From: a virus
Direction: 5' to 3' (one strand)
Virus record (IMG/VR): IMGVR_UViG_3300045988_148900
Span: 64,001 to 128,000 of that record
DNA length: 64,000 bases
Shown here: positions 26,817 to 34,806 of the stretch, one piece after another
How the letters are laid out: every line of letters begins with the position of its first letter
Position numbering within the stretch: position 1 is the stretch's first letter
Program-made: the position numbers and the translations under genes
Notes under the pieces: generated by a model
Told to the model about the DNA's origin: nothing
The model's input: only the letters and a program-made list of their open reading frames with translations
Database searches by the model: none

Positions 26817-27934
26817 ATTCTTGACTCAGACATGGCCGCCACCGAGGTGGGCTTACTACCACTAATCAACGCGTCCATGCCCGAACGCCGAATGTTTAAC
26901 GCTGCGTTGAGATCACGATCATGATGCGTTCCGCACTGCGGACAAAGCCATGAACGGTCAACCAACCGAAGCTCTTTATTAACGTACCCGCATCCACTGC
27001 ACAGCTTGCTACTCGCAAACCACTTATCGACATGCACAACGTTCGTGTTGTACTTAGTAGCTACGAACTCCAAGCGCGACACGAATGATGCGTGGCTGAG
27101 ATCCGAAACCTTACGGCCCCATAAGCGACGCATACCATCAAGGATCAACGTCTCCAAGCAGATCGTAGAATAACACTGACAAAGATCATGCGCTAAGCGC
27201 CACTGATAATCGTCACGATGGTTGCTGATCCCACGATAGAGCCTGCTGAGTTCAAGACGCCGACGGCGGTGGTTATTTGAGCCTTTGACGGATTGGCTCA
27301 ACCGCCGATGCGCCTTACGGATATCACGAAGCGTCTGCTTAAAGAATTGAGGGTTCTCGTAACTGCGCCCGTCGGATAACGTCAAATACGTCTTCAAGCC
27401 AAAGTCAATGCCTACAACCGCACCATCATGTGTCGTGTTGCTGGATTCTACCTTAGCGTCGGTTACGACGTACAACCAAAAGTCGCCGCACGGAGCACGC
27501 TTAACGCGAACCGTCTTTATCGCACCATCAAAATTACGGGATTTATGAAATTTATAAGTCTTCTTAAGTCTGTTGATTGTGAAGCAATTGCCGTCTATCT
27601 TATACCCATAATGCAGCTTATAGGCAAAGGATTGAAAATCCGCGGCACATCGGAACTTAGGCGGCCGCTTGGCAAGCTTCTTGAAGAAACGTTGGTACGC
27701 AGCAGCAAGTCGCTGCAACACCTCAATGCTATTGTGTGAGTACAATAGATGCCGCTTGATGCGCTTTGTAAAATGCTTCTGCATGTCAACCGTTGAAACG
27801 TACTTGCCATACATACGGTAGTATCTACGTTGAAGCGCAAGTGCGTGGTTCCATACAAACGCACACTCCCGAAGCATCCGGTCCAACCATACGGTCCGAT
27901 GTGTCTTGTAGAGTTTGTATTTGTATGTCAACAT
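26804..27934 (-). CDS. tnpB: TnpB (IS605 OrfB family)
   Basis: 376 aa. GIDFGLKT / ...LETLILDG... / HHDRDLNAALNI, and zinc finger CSGCGY..CPQCG. A TATATTTG box lies at 27954-27961. Confidence 0.9.
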   Translation of the reverse strand: MLTYKYKLYKTHRTVWLDRMLRECAFVWNHALALQRRYYRMYGKYVSTVDMQKHFTKRIKRHLLYSHNSIEVLQRLAAAYQRFFKKLAKRPPKFRCAADFQSFAYKLHYGYKIDGNCFTINRLKKTYKFHKSRNFDGAIKTVRVKRAPCGDFWLYVVTDAKVESSNTTHDGAVVGIDFGLKTYLTLSDGRSYENPQFFKQTLRDIRKAHRRLSQSVKGSNNHRRRRLELSRLYRGISNHRDDYQWRLAHDLCQCYSTICLETLILDGMRRLWGRKVSDLSHASFVSRLEFVATKYNTNVVHVDKWFASSKLCSGCGYVNKELRLVDRSWLCPQCGTHHDRDLNAALNIRRSGMDALISGSKPTSVAAMSESRIPRL

Positions 27935-27973
27935 TACTGTACTCTTTATGCCACAAATATAAGAATAAAATAC

Positions 27974-27981
27974 TATCTTTG
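27974..27981 (+). promoter_or_regulatory. host-type -7 box TATCTTTG upstream of tnpA
   Basis: Plus-strand TATCTTTG lies 12 nt before the ATG at 27994. Confidence 0.4.
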
Positions 27982-27993
27982 CAAATAAAAACT

Positions 27994-28392
27994 ATGCGTA
28001 CACGTTGGCAGACGAATAAAGGCTCCGTCTATAATGTAGCCTATCATATCATCTGGTGCCCCAAGTACCGGAGGAAAGTTCTTACAGGAGATATTGCCGA
28101 GCGCTTCAAGGCTTTGCTCTATGAACAAGCCGCCAAGTTCGGATGGGTTATCGAGTCGCTGGAGGTCATGCCTGATCATGTACATCTATCCATTAAGGCT
28201 AATCCTATTGATCCGGTTGCGCGGATTGTGGCACAGCTTAAGGGCTACACGTCACACATGCTGCGGCTTGAATTTCCGTCGCTTCAGACGCGCATGCCGA
28301 CCCTCTGGACGCGATCCTATTACGTCGAGACGATAGGACACATTTCAGAGGATACGATACGTCGATATATTGAGGATCAGAAGAAAAAGTAG
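27994..28392 (+). CDS. tnpA: IS200-type Y1 (HUH) transposase TnpA
   Basis: 132 aa from the ATG at 27994: MRTRWQTNKGSVYNVAYHIIWCPKYRRKVL..MPDHVHLSI..YTSHMLR..LWTRSYYVETIG (HUH motif HVH and catalytic Tyr region). The upstream part of the track ORF is rejected. Confidence 0.9.
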   Translation: MRTRWQTNKGSVYNVAYHIIWCPKYRRKVLTGDIAERFKALLYEQAAKFGWVIESLEVMPDHVHLSIKANPIDPVARIVAQLKGYTSHMLRLEFPSLQTRMPTLWTRSYYVETIGHISEDTIRRYIEDQKKK

Positions 28393-28403
28393 GCTGCATT
28401 CAT

Positions 28404-28423
28404 CCCATGCCTAAAGGCATGGG
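28404..28423 (-). repeat. IS left-end subterminal hairpin
   Basis: CCCATGCC TTTA GGCATGGG, a perfect 8-bp stem with the same loop and orientation as the right-end hairpin. Confidence 0.7.
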
Positions 28424-28465
28424 CTTTCTGCAGCTTTAATTCGTAAACTATACAAAACAAAGACG

Positions 28466-28783
28466 CTAACGCTCCGGCGCCCCAAGCTCGCTGAAGCCCC
28501 CGAAAGGAATCGAGAAACCACGCTCCAAAGGACCTACAAGAGTGACAACAACATCTGTGCCGTCGGGCCGACACTTGCCGTAACAACCACCGAAGATAGG
28601 AACGGCACGCTGGCATAAACAAGGAGAATCCCGAAAGACACAAACACTGCACCAGCAGTAAGGCAACGCCGTAACCTCCGACGAATCCGTAGGACGCAAC
28701 AAATATAAATCCGACGCGCGCGTAACCGCATAAATGTTACCGCACAACGCAAAACGACCTCCGGCTGGAACGAAACCTCTCAT
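28466..28783 (-). CDS. hypothetical Cys-rich protein
   Basis: 105 aa from the ATG at 28783 (MRGFVPAGG...). The track start at 28810 lies inside the promoter-like motif. Confidence 0.55.
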   Translation of the reverse strand: MRGFVPAGGRFALCGNIYAVTRASDLYLLRPTDSSEVTALPYCWCSVCVFRDSPCLCQRAVPIFGGCYGKCRPDGTDVVVTLVGPLERGFSIPFGGFSELGAPER

Positions 28784-28790
28784 GGTATCC

Positions 28791-28804
28791 GGATATATAA
28801 TTGA
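28791..28804 (-). promoter_or_regulatory. phage promoter-like motif copy (TCAATTATATATCCGGATACC)
   Basis: Core AATTATATATCC on the minus strand, 7 nt before the ATG at 28783. Confidence 0.4.
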
Positions 28805-28822
28805 CGGCAACTGAAACAGACT

Positions 28823-29554
28823 CTACTCGTCTAAGGGCAAGCAAGACGGCTCTACTGACAGGGAGGCAACAGGAATACCCGTCAAACGAGCATCGTGGTA
28901 CCAGCATAAGTCGTAAGACGACGATAAGGACAAAAAGCCCGGCGACGCGGCATCTACCACTAACACGGAGGAGTCAAGAGTAATGCAAACCTCCGTAACA
29001 TCCAAAGAGAGAGCACACGAGGGAACAGCCCAACCATACAACACACTAAACTCCTTAAGCAGACACCTGCGGCCCGAAAAAACACGACCCGTAAGAACTC
29101 CATTCTCCGAAATCCAAACACTACCTACAGACCACCCAGAACTCTTAACAGGATGAAGCTCTAAAGACAAGTTACCCAGACGACGAATAAGAGTAAAACG
29201 ACAAGTAAAAGCGTCAGTAACGTAAGGACGAAAAGAGTAAAAGGACCGATCCCGGAAACAACTGCTATAGCGTATGTGCTGAAAAACACCCGAGCCGCAT
29301 TCATTCCACATGGAGTCCTCGAACGTCAAAGGACTAAACGGACAATAAGAACGCGCCCGAGACACATAGTCAAGCAAAATACCAACATCGCTATAACTCT
29401 CACTAAAGCTATCTACCAAAGACAAAATAGCCAAAGCAGAACTACGCAAAGCCGCATTAAACGAATCGTTGAAAGCAAGACCGCTAAGGTCGAACTCCTG
29501 ACGCGCGTAAGACGTAAAACCGCCCGACGAACGTACTACAACATCAGTATCCAT
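28823..29554 (-). CDS. hypothetical protein
   Basis: 243 aa, ATG verified. Confidence 0.6.
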   Translation of the reverse strand: MDTDVVVRSSGGFTSYARQEFDLSGLAFNDSFNAALRSSALAILSLVDSFSESYSDVGILLDYVSRARSYCPFSPLTFEDSMWNECGSGVFQHIRYSSCFRDRSFYSFRPYVTDAFTCRFTLIRRLGNLSLELHPVKSSGWSVGSVWISENGVLTGRVFSGRRCLLKEFSVLYGWAVPSCALSLDVTEVCITLDSSVLVVDAASPGFLSLSSSYDLCWYHDARLTGIPVASLSVEPSCLPLDE

Positions 29555-29562
29555 ACCAACAA

Positions 29563-30153
29563 CTATTTAACACGATGGGCAACACCGTCACTTATCTCGT
29601 AACAACGATCACACATGTCATCCGTCAAACGAGCGTCATGCGAAATCAACAAAATATCAAAATCAAAATCAGAGCATACCTTACGAACAAAAGACAAAAA
29701 ACGACCATAATGAGACGCACTGACCTGAGTCCACTGCTCGTCCAAAAACATAACACGACGGCTACCAAGCTTCAAGATCAAGTACAACGTGAAAACGAAG
29801 CTCACAACCGTAATAACACCACCACTCTGAGCAGTCGTCAAATCGCTAACGCAACCGTTACCGTAGTCCAGAACGAAGCAACCTCCGTCACTATCATAAA
29901 CAACCTTAGCATCCAAACCAAAGATGCTCTGAACTCCTACAGTAGCCAAGTCCTCGCACTGACGCAAACTCGAACACGTAAGCAACTCCTTAGCCTGACG
30001 TAAGTAATCCTTGCAACTCTGACATAACGTAAGCTCCGACGATAAAGAAGCACGCTGACGCTGGTAGCTATCAAGACGACTCGAACTCGACGACGCTAAC
30101 TCCCTGCAACGCCGATAAGACGAAAGAAAGGAACTATAACGGGACAAATCCAT
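29563..30153 (-). CDS. SbcC/Rad50-like ATPase, C-terminal lobe
   Basis: Signature-like AQSGG, Walker B RVMFLDEQW, H-loop LLISHD. Confidence 0.7.
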   Translation of the reverse strand: MDLSRYSSFLSSYRRCRELASSSSSRLDSYQRQRASLSSELTLCQSCKDYLRQAKELLTCSSLRQCEDLATVGVQSIFGLDAKVVYDSDGGCFVLDYGNGCVSDLTTAQSGGVITVVSFVFTLYLILKLGSRRVMFLDEQWTQVSASHYGRFLSFVRKVCSDFDFDILLISHDARLTDDMCDRCYEISDGVAHRVK

Positions 30154-30162
30154 AACCTAACC

Positions 30163-30543
30163 CTAAAAGTCGTCAGAACCAGCAGACGCAAAAGACCCGG
30201 AAGCACCCCCAACCCCGCCTGACGGAACGGACGGAGAACCAACCGACGGAACACCCACAACAACTGTCTCCGACGCATCTGACGACGACAAAGACGCAAA
30301 CTCACGCTCCCAAGACTCTATCTCCGATAAACGACTCGACAACTCACCCTCCAAACGAACACGATCCGAATCCAAACGCGACAACTCACTCTCCAAAGAC
30401 TCAACACTCGGACAAGAATCAAAACCAAGACTTATACACAACTCCGAAATCCGACCGTCAAGCTGACTCAAACGACCCTCAGCATCCCGAAGCTTCTGCT
30501 CAACAACTGACCGACGACGAGCTATCTCCACTAAATCAACCAT
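30163..30543 (-). CDS. coiled-coil protein (middle piece of the split SbcC/Rad50 locus)
   Basis: 126 aa from the ATG at 30543. Heptad-like LSQLDGRISEL...LESELSRLDSDRVRLEGELSSRLSEIE, with a Ser/Gly/acidic tail. Confidence 0.55.
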   Translation of the reverse strand: MVDLVEIARRRSVVEQKLRDAEGRLSQLDGRISELCISLGFDSCPSVESLESELSRLDSDRVRLEGELSSRLSEIESWEREFASLSSSDASETVVVGVPSVGSPSVPSGGVGGASGSFASAGSDDF

Positions 30544-30578
30544 AAAAAAAGATATATTAAAAATTAAAAACCAAAACA

Positions 30579-31778
30579 CTATACGTCCGACGAACTGCAA
30601 CCCAAAGAACCGCCACACAACGGACAAACAGCCGACGACGTCAAGACACGAAGACCTTCTATATGAGACGAAACGTCACCCCGGGAACGAAGCAAACCAA
30701 GAAGATCGGACAAAACACCACGACGTGACGAAATACTAACCATAGAACGACAGACAGACGAACAAACACCGTAAGACGAAACACCAACCCCAAGACTCGA
30801 AACAACTCCCGACAACGACGAACGACAAGAAACACTGCTCCGCAAAGACAACAAAAGGGAAATACGAGCAAGAAGAAGGCCGTAAGAACCGTCAGAACCT
30901 AAGTCAAAATAATAGCTCGTATAAGCTGATAAAACACGACGACCGCAAGAAAGGTAAGACAATAAAAAAACGCGACTCGAAGCAATACCTCGAAAATAAG
31001 AAACCCCTACAACGCGACGACAAACGGACGAAAGACTATCAAAACAAGACAAGCAAGACCTATAACCACAGACAACCCGAAACAACGACGAACGACGACC
31101 CAAAAGCAACAACAGCTGATAAACACAAGACCGACGTGACGAAACCGTGCCCAAAGACGATAACATATCCGATACAACCGAAAACAACGACGACCCAGAC
31201 GATAAGCAACCACGAAAACCCTCCAAAACAGCACGCTCCGTGTCAACCAAACTAGCCAACATACTCAAACCTCCCCGAAGCTCCGACGAACGACGACGAA
31301 GACCGTCTACGCACAAACCTAAGTCGTCCAAACCACGACCACTACCCAAGAACTCGCGAACCCTACTCTGACTATAACTCAATAACAACGGACTACGAAA
31401 CTGAGGCCAGAAACTCAACGAAACGATATCGCTACCGCTGCCCAAACTCCCGAAGCCAAGAAACGACGAAACACAACCCGGAACGTCGCGGCCAGGCTTA
31501 TCGTAAACAACACCGTCCAACTCGTAACGAGCACCAACCTTATTCCCCTTGACAACCCGAAGAACAGGACCAGCAACGCTGAAACGAACGCTAACGATAC
31601 TACAAGAACAACCCCACCGAACGCAACGACTACTCCACCGATTAGTAAAAGCACTAACCAAACCCCGGAACATACTACTCTTACCGCTGTAACTCTCACC
31701 TCGAACAACCGTAAGACCCCGAACGCCTATACGAACATCGCGGCAAGCCAAGTAATCCTTAACTATCAGATCAACCAT
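30579..31778 (-). CDS. SbcC/Rad50-like ATPase, N-terminal lobe plus coiled-coil arm ending at a CxxC hook
   Basis: Walker A VVRGESYSGKSSMF. A long S/R/L/V/G-rich arm follows. Ends ...SAVCPLCGGSLGCSSSDV (CxxC zinc-hook-like). Confidence 0.7.
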   Translation of the reverse strand: MVDLIVKDYLACRDVRIGVRGLTVVRGESYSGKSSMFRGLVSAFTNRWSSRCVRWGCSCSIVSVRFSVAGPVLRVVKGNKVGARYELDGVVYDKPGRDVPGCVSSFLGFGSLGSGSDIVSLSFWPQFRSPLLLSYSQSRVREFLGSGRGLDDLGLCVDGLRRRSSELRGGLSMLASLVDTERAVLEGFRGCLSSGSSLFSVVSDMLSSLGTVSSRRSCVYQLLLLLGRRSSLFRVVCGYRSCLSCFDSLSSVCRRVVGVSYFRGIASSRVFLLSYLSCGRRVLSAYTSYYFDLGSDGSYGLLLARISLLLSLRSSVSCRSSLSGVVSSLGVGVSSYGVCSSVCRSMVSISSRRGVLSDLLGLLRSRGDVSSHIEGLRVLTSSAVCPLCGGSLGCSSSDV

Positions 31779-31784
31779 AAAACT

Positions 31785-32051
31785 CTACAAATAGAGATAC
31801 AACCAGGAGAAACGACGACGAAGCCGTAAACTAACACGACGATTAAAAAGCTCCTCGTGAACTACAAACGACGCGTAATCAGACGAAGCGACATACACGA
31901 AGTCAACGGCGCCAACAAGGCGACGATAAACACGCAGGCCAAACAAACGCCAGTAAACATAATACTTAATATGACCCCTATAAGGAGAAACCGAAGAACC
32001 ATCGGGCGGACGACAAACAACACTCGCAAAAACAAGATCACTTATTACCAT
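31785..32051 (-). CDS. hypothetical protein
   Basis: 88 aa from the ATG at 32051 (MVISDLVFASV...). The upstream part of the track ORF crosses the repeat array and is rejected. Confidence 0.45.
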   Translation of the reverse strand: MVISDLVFASVVCRPPDGSSVSPYRGHIKYYVYWRLFGLRVYRRLVGAVDFVYVASSDYASFVVHEELFNRRVSLRLRRRFSWLYLYL

Positions 32052-32132
32052 AGACGAAAAATTTGTAAACAAATCAACGTAAAACAAAAAATACACCGCA
32101 AAGCACGAAGCATGCCTCCTACAAAAAAAAAC

Positions 32133-32315
32133 GGATATAGAATTGCTCCAAGCGGAAAAACTAAACTCTAAAATTCTGGATATAGAATTGCTCCAAGCAT
32201 GCATAAACACCCTAAAACAAGAAGCTATACACAAAATTCAGGATATAGAATTGCTGAAAGCAGAAACTAAAACAACACACAACAGATAAATCTCGGATAT
32301 AGAATTGCTGAAAGC
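32133..32315 (-). repeat. four direct copies of GCTT(TC/GG)AGCAATTCTATATCC (variant of the phage motif)
   Basis: Copies at 32133-32153, 32178-32198, 32241-32261 and 32295-32315. Start-to-start spacing is 45, 63 and 54 bp. Confidence 0.85.
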
Positions 32316-32419
32316 AGGCACTAAACAACACATAAATACCTGAAGCTGCACTTCATATAAACGCCGAAAGGCGCAGAAAACCAAAAGAATAGCTTGTTGA
32401 TGGTGCCCAAAGGCTACGC

Positions 32420-32460
32420 CAGAAGCACTCAAAAACCAGAAGCACTCAAAAACCAGAAGC
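32420..32460. repeat. 17-bp tandem repeat, 2.4 copies
   Basis: Plus strand CAGAAGCACTCAAAAAC twice, followed by CAGAAGC. Confidence 0.85.
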
Positions 32461-32470
32461 GAGGAAACAG

Positions 32471-32520
32471 CCCCAGACACCCGGACCCACACCCCCGGGC
32501 CCACCGCCCCCTAAAATCCC
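32471..32520 (-). other. G-tract cluster (G-quadruplex-capable) on the coding strand
   Basis: Minus strand GGGATTTTAGGGGGCGGTGGGCCCGGGGGTGTGGGTCCGGGTGTCTGGGG has seven runs of at least 3 G within 50 nt. Confidence 0.6.
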
Positions 32521-32521
32521 T

Positions 32522-32556
32522 AAAAGAAAAGAGCTCATCTAATAATAGATAAGCTC
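32522..32556 (-). terminator. rho-independent terminator after the recA-like gene
   Basis: Minus strand GAGCTTATC-TATTATTA-GATGAGCTC (9-bp stem, 1 mismatch) followed by TTTTCTTTT. Confidence 0.6.
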
Positions 32557-32595
32557 CTAAAATCTACATTTACGTATCTTTTGGCATATGCGTGA

Positions 32596-33672
32596 TCATA
32601 GCTCCTGAATCACCCCGTCAGAATCTACCGGAATCTCTGGAGAGGAGACAACTGACGTCATAGGGGAATATCCCGCAACGGACTCAGACGTGCCTCCCGT
32701 ACGCATAAACTCATACAACCGAGAGACAGACTCCTTCGGCATGCCATAGAGCTTCTTCTGACCAACGTACTTCTCGTCCGCCCACGGCATAAAGTAAGAA
32801 ACACCTGACTTCCGAATAACGCCTGACTCCAAGGCCATATCAATAACCGCGTAACGCTTGTCAACACCACGACCAAAAACCAGCTTCACCTTCTTCCGTA
32901 CAAACGGCTTGCAAAACTTATTCTTCGTAGTCTCCATGTAAAGCTCAACACCGAAAATCTCGTCAGGATTAGACGTCTCCGAACTCGGATCATCCTTCAA
33001 CTTCGTACCAACGGAAAGCTTCGTAATAATGTCAGGGACGTGCTGAGCCGCAAATCCGCCCGCCTGACGCTCTTTCGGAGCGTAAGGGTTAGACATACCC
33101 ATCTGAAGATTCGCACGCGCGTGAAACAGCCACAAAGACGAAATATTGGCATCCGCAAACCAGTTCTTAATAGCAGGCAGCAAATTCGCCTCCTGAAGAG
33201 CCTTGACACCCGGACGGCAGTCCCGAACAGACAGATTCTTGTCCGAATAAGCGGCAACCTCCGACATACTATCAATAATAACCAAACGGAAACCCCCATC
33301 ATCACTGAGAACCTTGCAAACGTCCTCAAGCTGACCATAATCACGAACCGTAAGATGGACCAATAAACCATCCATCTTAAACTTAGCCAAACCGAAAGCG
33401 GTAATCTGAGAGTCATTCCAAGCACGCTCCGTATCAATAATAGCAACCTTATAACCCTGACGACAGAAGCTACGAGCGATCTGGGCCGATATGGAAGACT
33501 TGCCACAGCCCGCGACCCCCCATAAGCCCAGAGAATAACCTACTGGTACTCCACCACCCCAAATCTCATTCAAGGCATCAATCCCTGAATCAATAAAGGT
33601 ATCAGGATTATCAACCCCATACTTCGCCAAAACATCCGACAAGGACAAACCTTCCTTCTCCTTTTTTGCCAT
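32596..33672 (-). CDS. RecA-family recombinase/ATPase (UvsX/Sak4/RadA-like)
   Basis: Walker A GVAGCGKSS and Walker B LVIIDSMS. 358 aa. Confidence 0.75.
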   Translation of the reverse strand: MAKKEKEGLSLSDVLAKYGVDNPDTFIDSGIDALNEIWGGGVPVGYSLGLWGVAGCGKSSISAQIARSFCRQGYKVAIIDTERAWNDSQITAFGLAKFKMDGLLVHLTVRDYGQLEDVCKVLSDDGGFRLVIIDSMSEVAAYSDKNLSVRDCRPGVKALQEANLLPAIKNWFADANISSLWLFHARANLQMGMSNPYAPKERQAGGFAAQHVPDIITKLSVGTKLKDDPSSETSNPDEIFGVELYMETTKNKFCKPFVRKKVKLVFGRGVDKRYAVIDMALESGVIRKSGVSYFMPWADEKYVGQKKLYGMPKESVSRLYEFMRTGGTSESVAGYSPMTSVVSSPEIPVDSDGVIQEL

Positions 33673-33777
33673 AAACTTAAGTTGTTAAATAATTATTGAA
33701 ATGAACCCCGAAACGAGGAGCGTGCAGTCTACACGCTTTTAATTTAGAATCTTCAAACCTTTTGACCAAAATTAGCC

Positions 33778-33821
33778 CCTAAATTTAAGCTCCACCCATT
33801 GGGAAAAAGTGGAAATTTAGG
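33778..33821. repeat. imperfect 44-nt inverted repeat upstream of the recA-like gene
   Basis: CCTAAATTT..TCCAC-N13-GTGGA-AATTTAGG. Confidence 0.5.
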
Positions 33822-33836
33822 ATAATCTGATTGCTT

Positions 33837-33986
33837 TTATAAATCTGAGAAGAACAACCAATCGTCATCCTCGATACATACCGACGGAGTAACAACACCT
33901 TCTTCTGAAGGTGAGGAAAGCACACTATCTGTATCTACAGGAGCTCCTGTAGCCTCGCTATTCACTTCCTTGACCATAACATACAT
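33837..33986 (-). CDS. possible small acidic protein (49 aa)
   Basis: Below the ORF-track size cutoff. My translation is MYVMVKEVNSEATGAPVDTDSVLSSPSEEGVVTPSVCIEDDDWLFFSDL*. The ATG lies 35 nt downstream of a motif variant. Confidence 0.3.
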   Translation of the reverse strand: MYVMVKEVNSEATGAPVDTDSVLSSPSEEGVVTPSVCIEDDDWLFFSDL

Positions 33987-34021
33987 GATGATAAAAAGTT
34001 AGACGCTCGTTGTAAGCACTC

Positions 34022-34035
34022 GGATATATAACCAA
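34022..34035 (-). promoter_or_regulatory. phage promoter-like motif, variant (TTGGTTATATATCCGAG)
   Basis: Core TTATATATCC on the minus strand between the RuvC-like gene's stop and the small ORF. Confidence 0.3.
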
Positions 34036-34107
34036 CCCGCTCCAGAAGCCTGCCTACAAACACATAAAACCACCATCCTAAACCACGAGGAACAAACCCA
34101 CGCATCA

Positions 34108-34734
34108 CTACTCCATGTACCAGCGATTACACAACTGGTAAGTATTCTTATACTCACCACGAAGAATCATATAACCTATATAAGCCAAGATGACCGCAGA
34201 CGCCTCGTCATGATTCAAGCGCAATCCATACTGAGCATCCACCCAGTCCACAATCATCCGCTTACCCTCCTCCTTAGAAATCTTATGAGGAGGCTCCTCT
34301 GGTATCTCGCCTTTCTTGGGCCTTTTCTTGGCTTTCTTTGGCCTTACAATTGAATTGATAGCTGTGGGCGGGATAAGATAAAATGGAACGCTGTGGGCAT
34401 CTTCCGGTGCGTCGTAGGACGAAGCTGACAATACCGACTCAAACTCCGTGTACATCATGCACTGCAAAGGAAGAAGATACGGACCCGATTGGGAACTAAG
34501 TGCACTATATTCCATGAACACAGCATCAAGCCTCACAGCATACTCATCAACCCACTCCTTAATAGCTCGTGCATGCCACACAGCAGCCGGAAAAGAATTG
34601 GAAAACTGAAAAATTGTACCCTCCTTATGAACCTTAGGAACGGAAATAGACGTAGTCGCTATTACTCCATCCTCGGAATCCAATAGACACACCCCCGTCC
34701 GACTAAAAGAACCATCGATACTCATCACTATCAT
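34108..34734 (-). CDS. RuvC-like Holliday junction resolvase
   Basis: SIDGSFSRTG, FMEY and HDEASAVILAY follow the RuvC/RNase H-fold catalytic pattern. Confidence 0.65.
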   Translation of the reverse strand: MIVMSIDGSFSRTGVCLLDSEDGVIATTSISVPKVHKEGTIFQFSNSFPAAVWHARAIKEWVDEYAVRLDAVFMEYSALSSQSGPYLLPLQCMMYTEFESVLSASSYDAPEDAHSVPFYLIPPTAINSIVRPKKAKKRPKKGEIPEEPPHKISKEEGKRMIVDWVDAQYGLRLNHDEASAVILAYIGYMILRGEYKNTYQLCNRWYME

Positions 34735-34745
34735 AGCTCATCAAA

Positions 34746-34778
34746 TTAAAAACCGGAGCACCATCGCTGGCACTCCGG
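34746..34778 (-). terminator. rho-independent terminator
   Basis: Minus strand CCGGAGTGCC-N6-GGTGCTCCGG (6+2 bp stem) followed by TTTTTAATTT. Confidence 0.5.
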
Positions 34779-34806
34779 CACTACACAACAAATATGCTAA
34801 CTCAAA

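Larger units (their letters stand above)
26787..28442 (-). mobile_element. IS200/IS605-family element, IS608-type ends, divergent tnpA and tnpB (1656 bp)
   Basis: Left-end hairpin CCCATGCC-TTTA-GGCATGGG (28423-28404) lies 19 nt after a flanking TTAC (28446-28443). Right-end hairpin CCCGCGGC-TTTA-GCCGTGGG (26816-26797) is followed by 10 nt ending in TCAA (26790-26787). Confidence 0.8.

Noticed and set aside
28404-28423. Hairpin after tnpA read as a simple tnpA terminator.
   Set aside because: It has no proper T-run. A near-identical hairpin with the same TTTA loop and orientation lies at the other IS end, and the 19-nt/TTAC spacing fits a Y1-transposase recognition hairpin.
32133-32315. Possible mini-CRISPR array (four direct repeats with unique spacers).
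   Set aside because: The repeats are only 21 nt. Spacers are 24-42 nt and irregular, and the repeat is a variant of the intergenic promoter-like motif. No cas genes or leader are visible.
32052-32504. Track ORFs 32238..32504 and the N-terminal part of 31785..32234.
   Set aside because: They are translated across the four-copy repeat array (repeated AWSNSIS/AFSNSIS peptides), the tandem repeat and the G-tract. Repeat artefacts are more plausible than genes.
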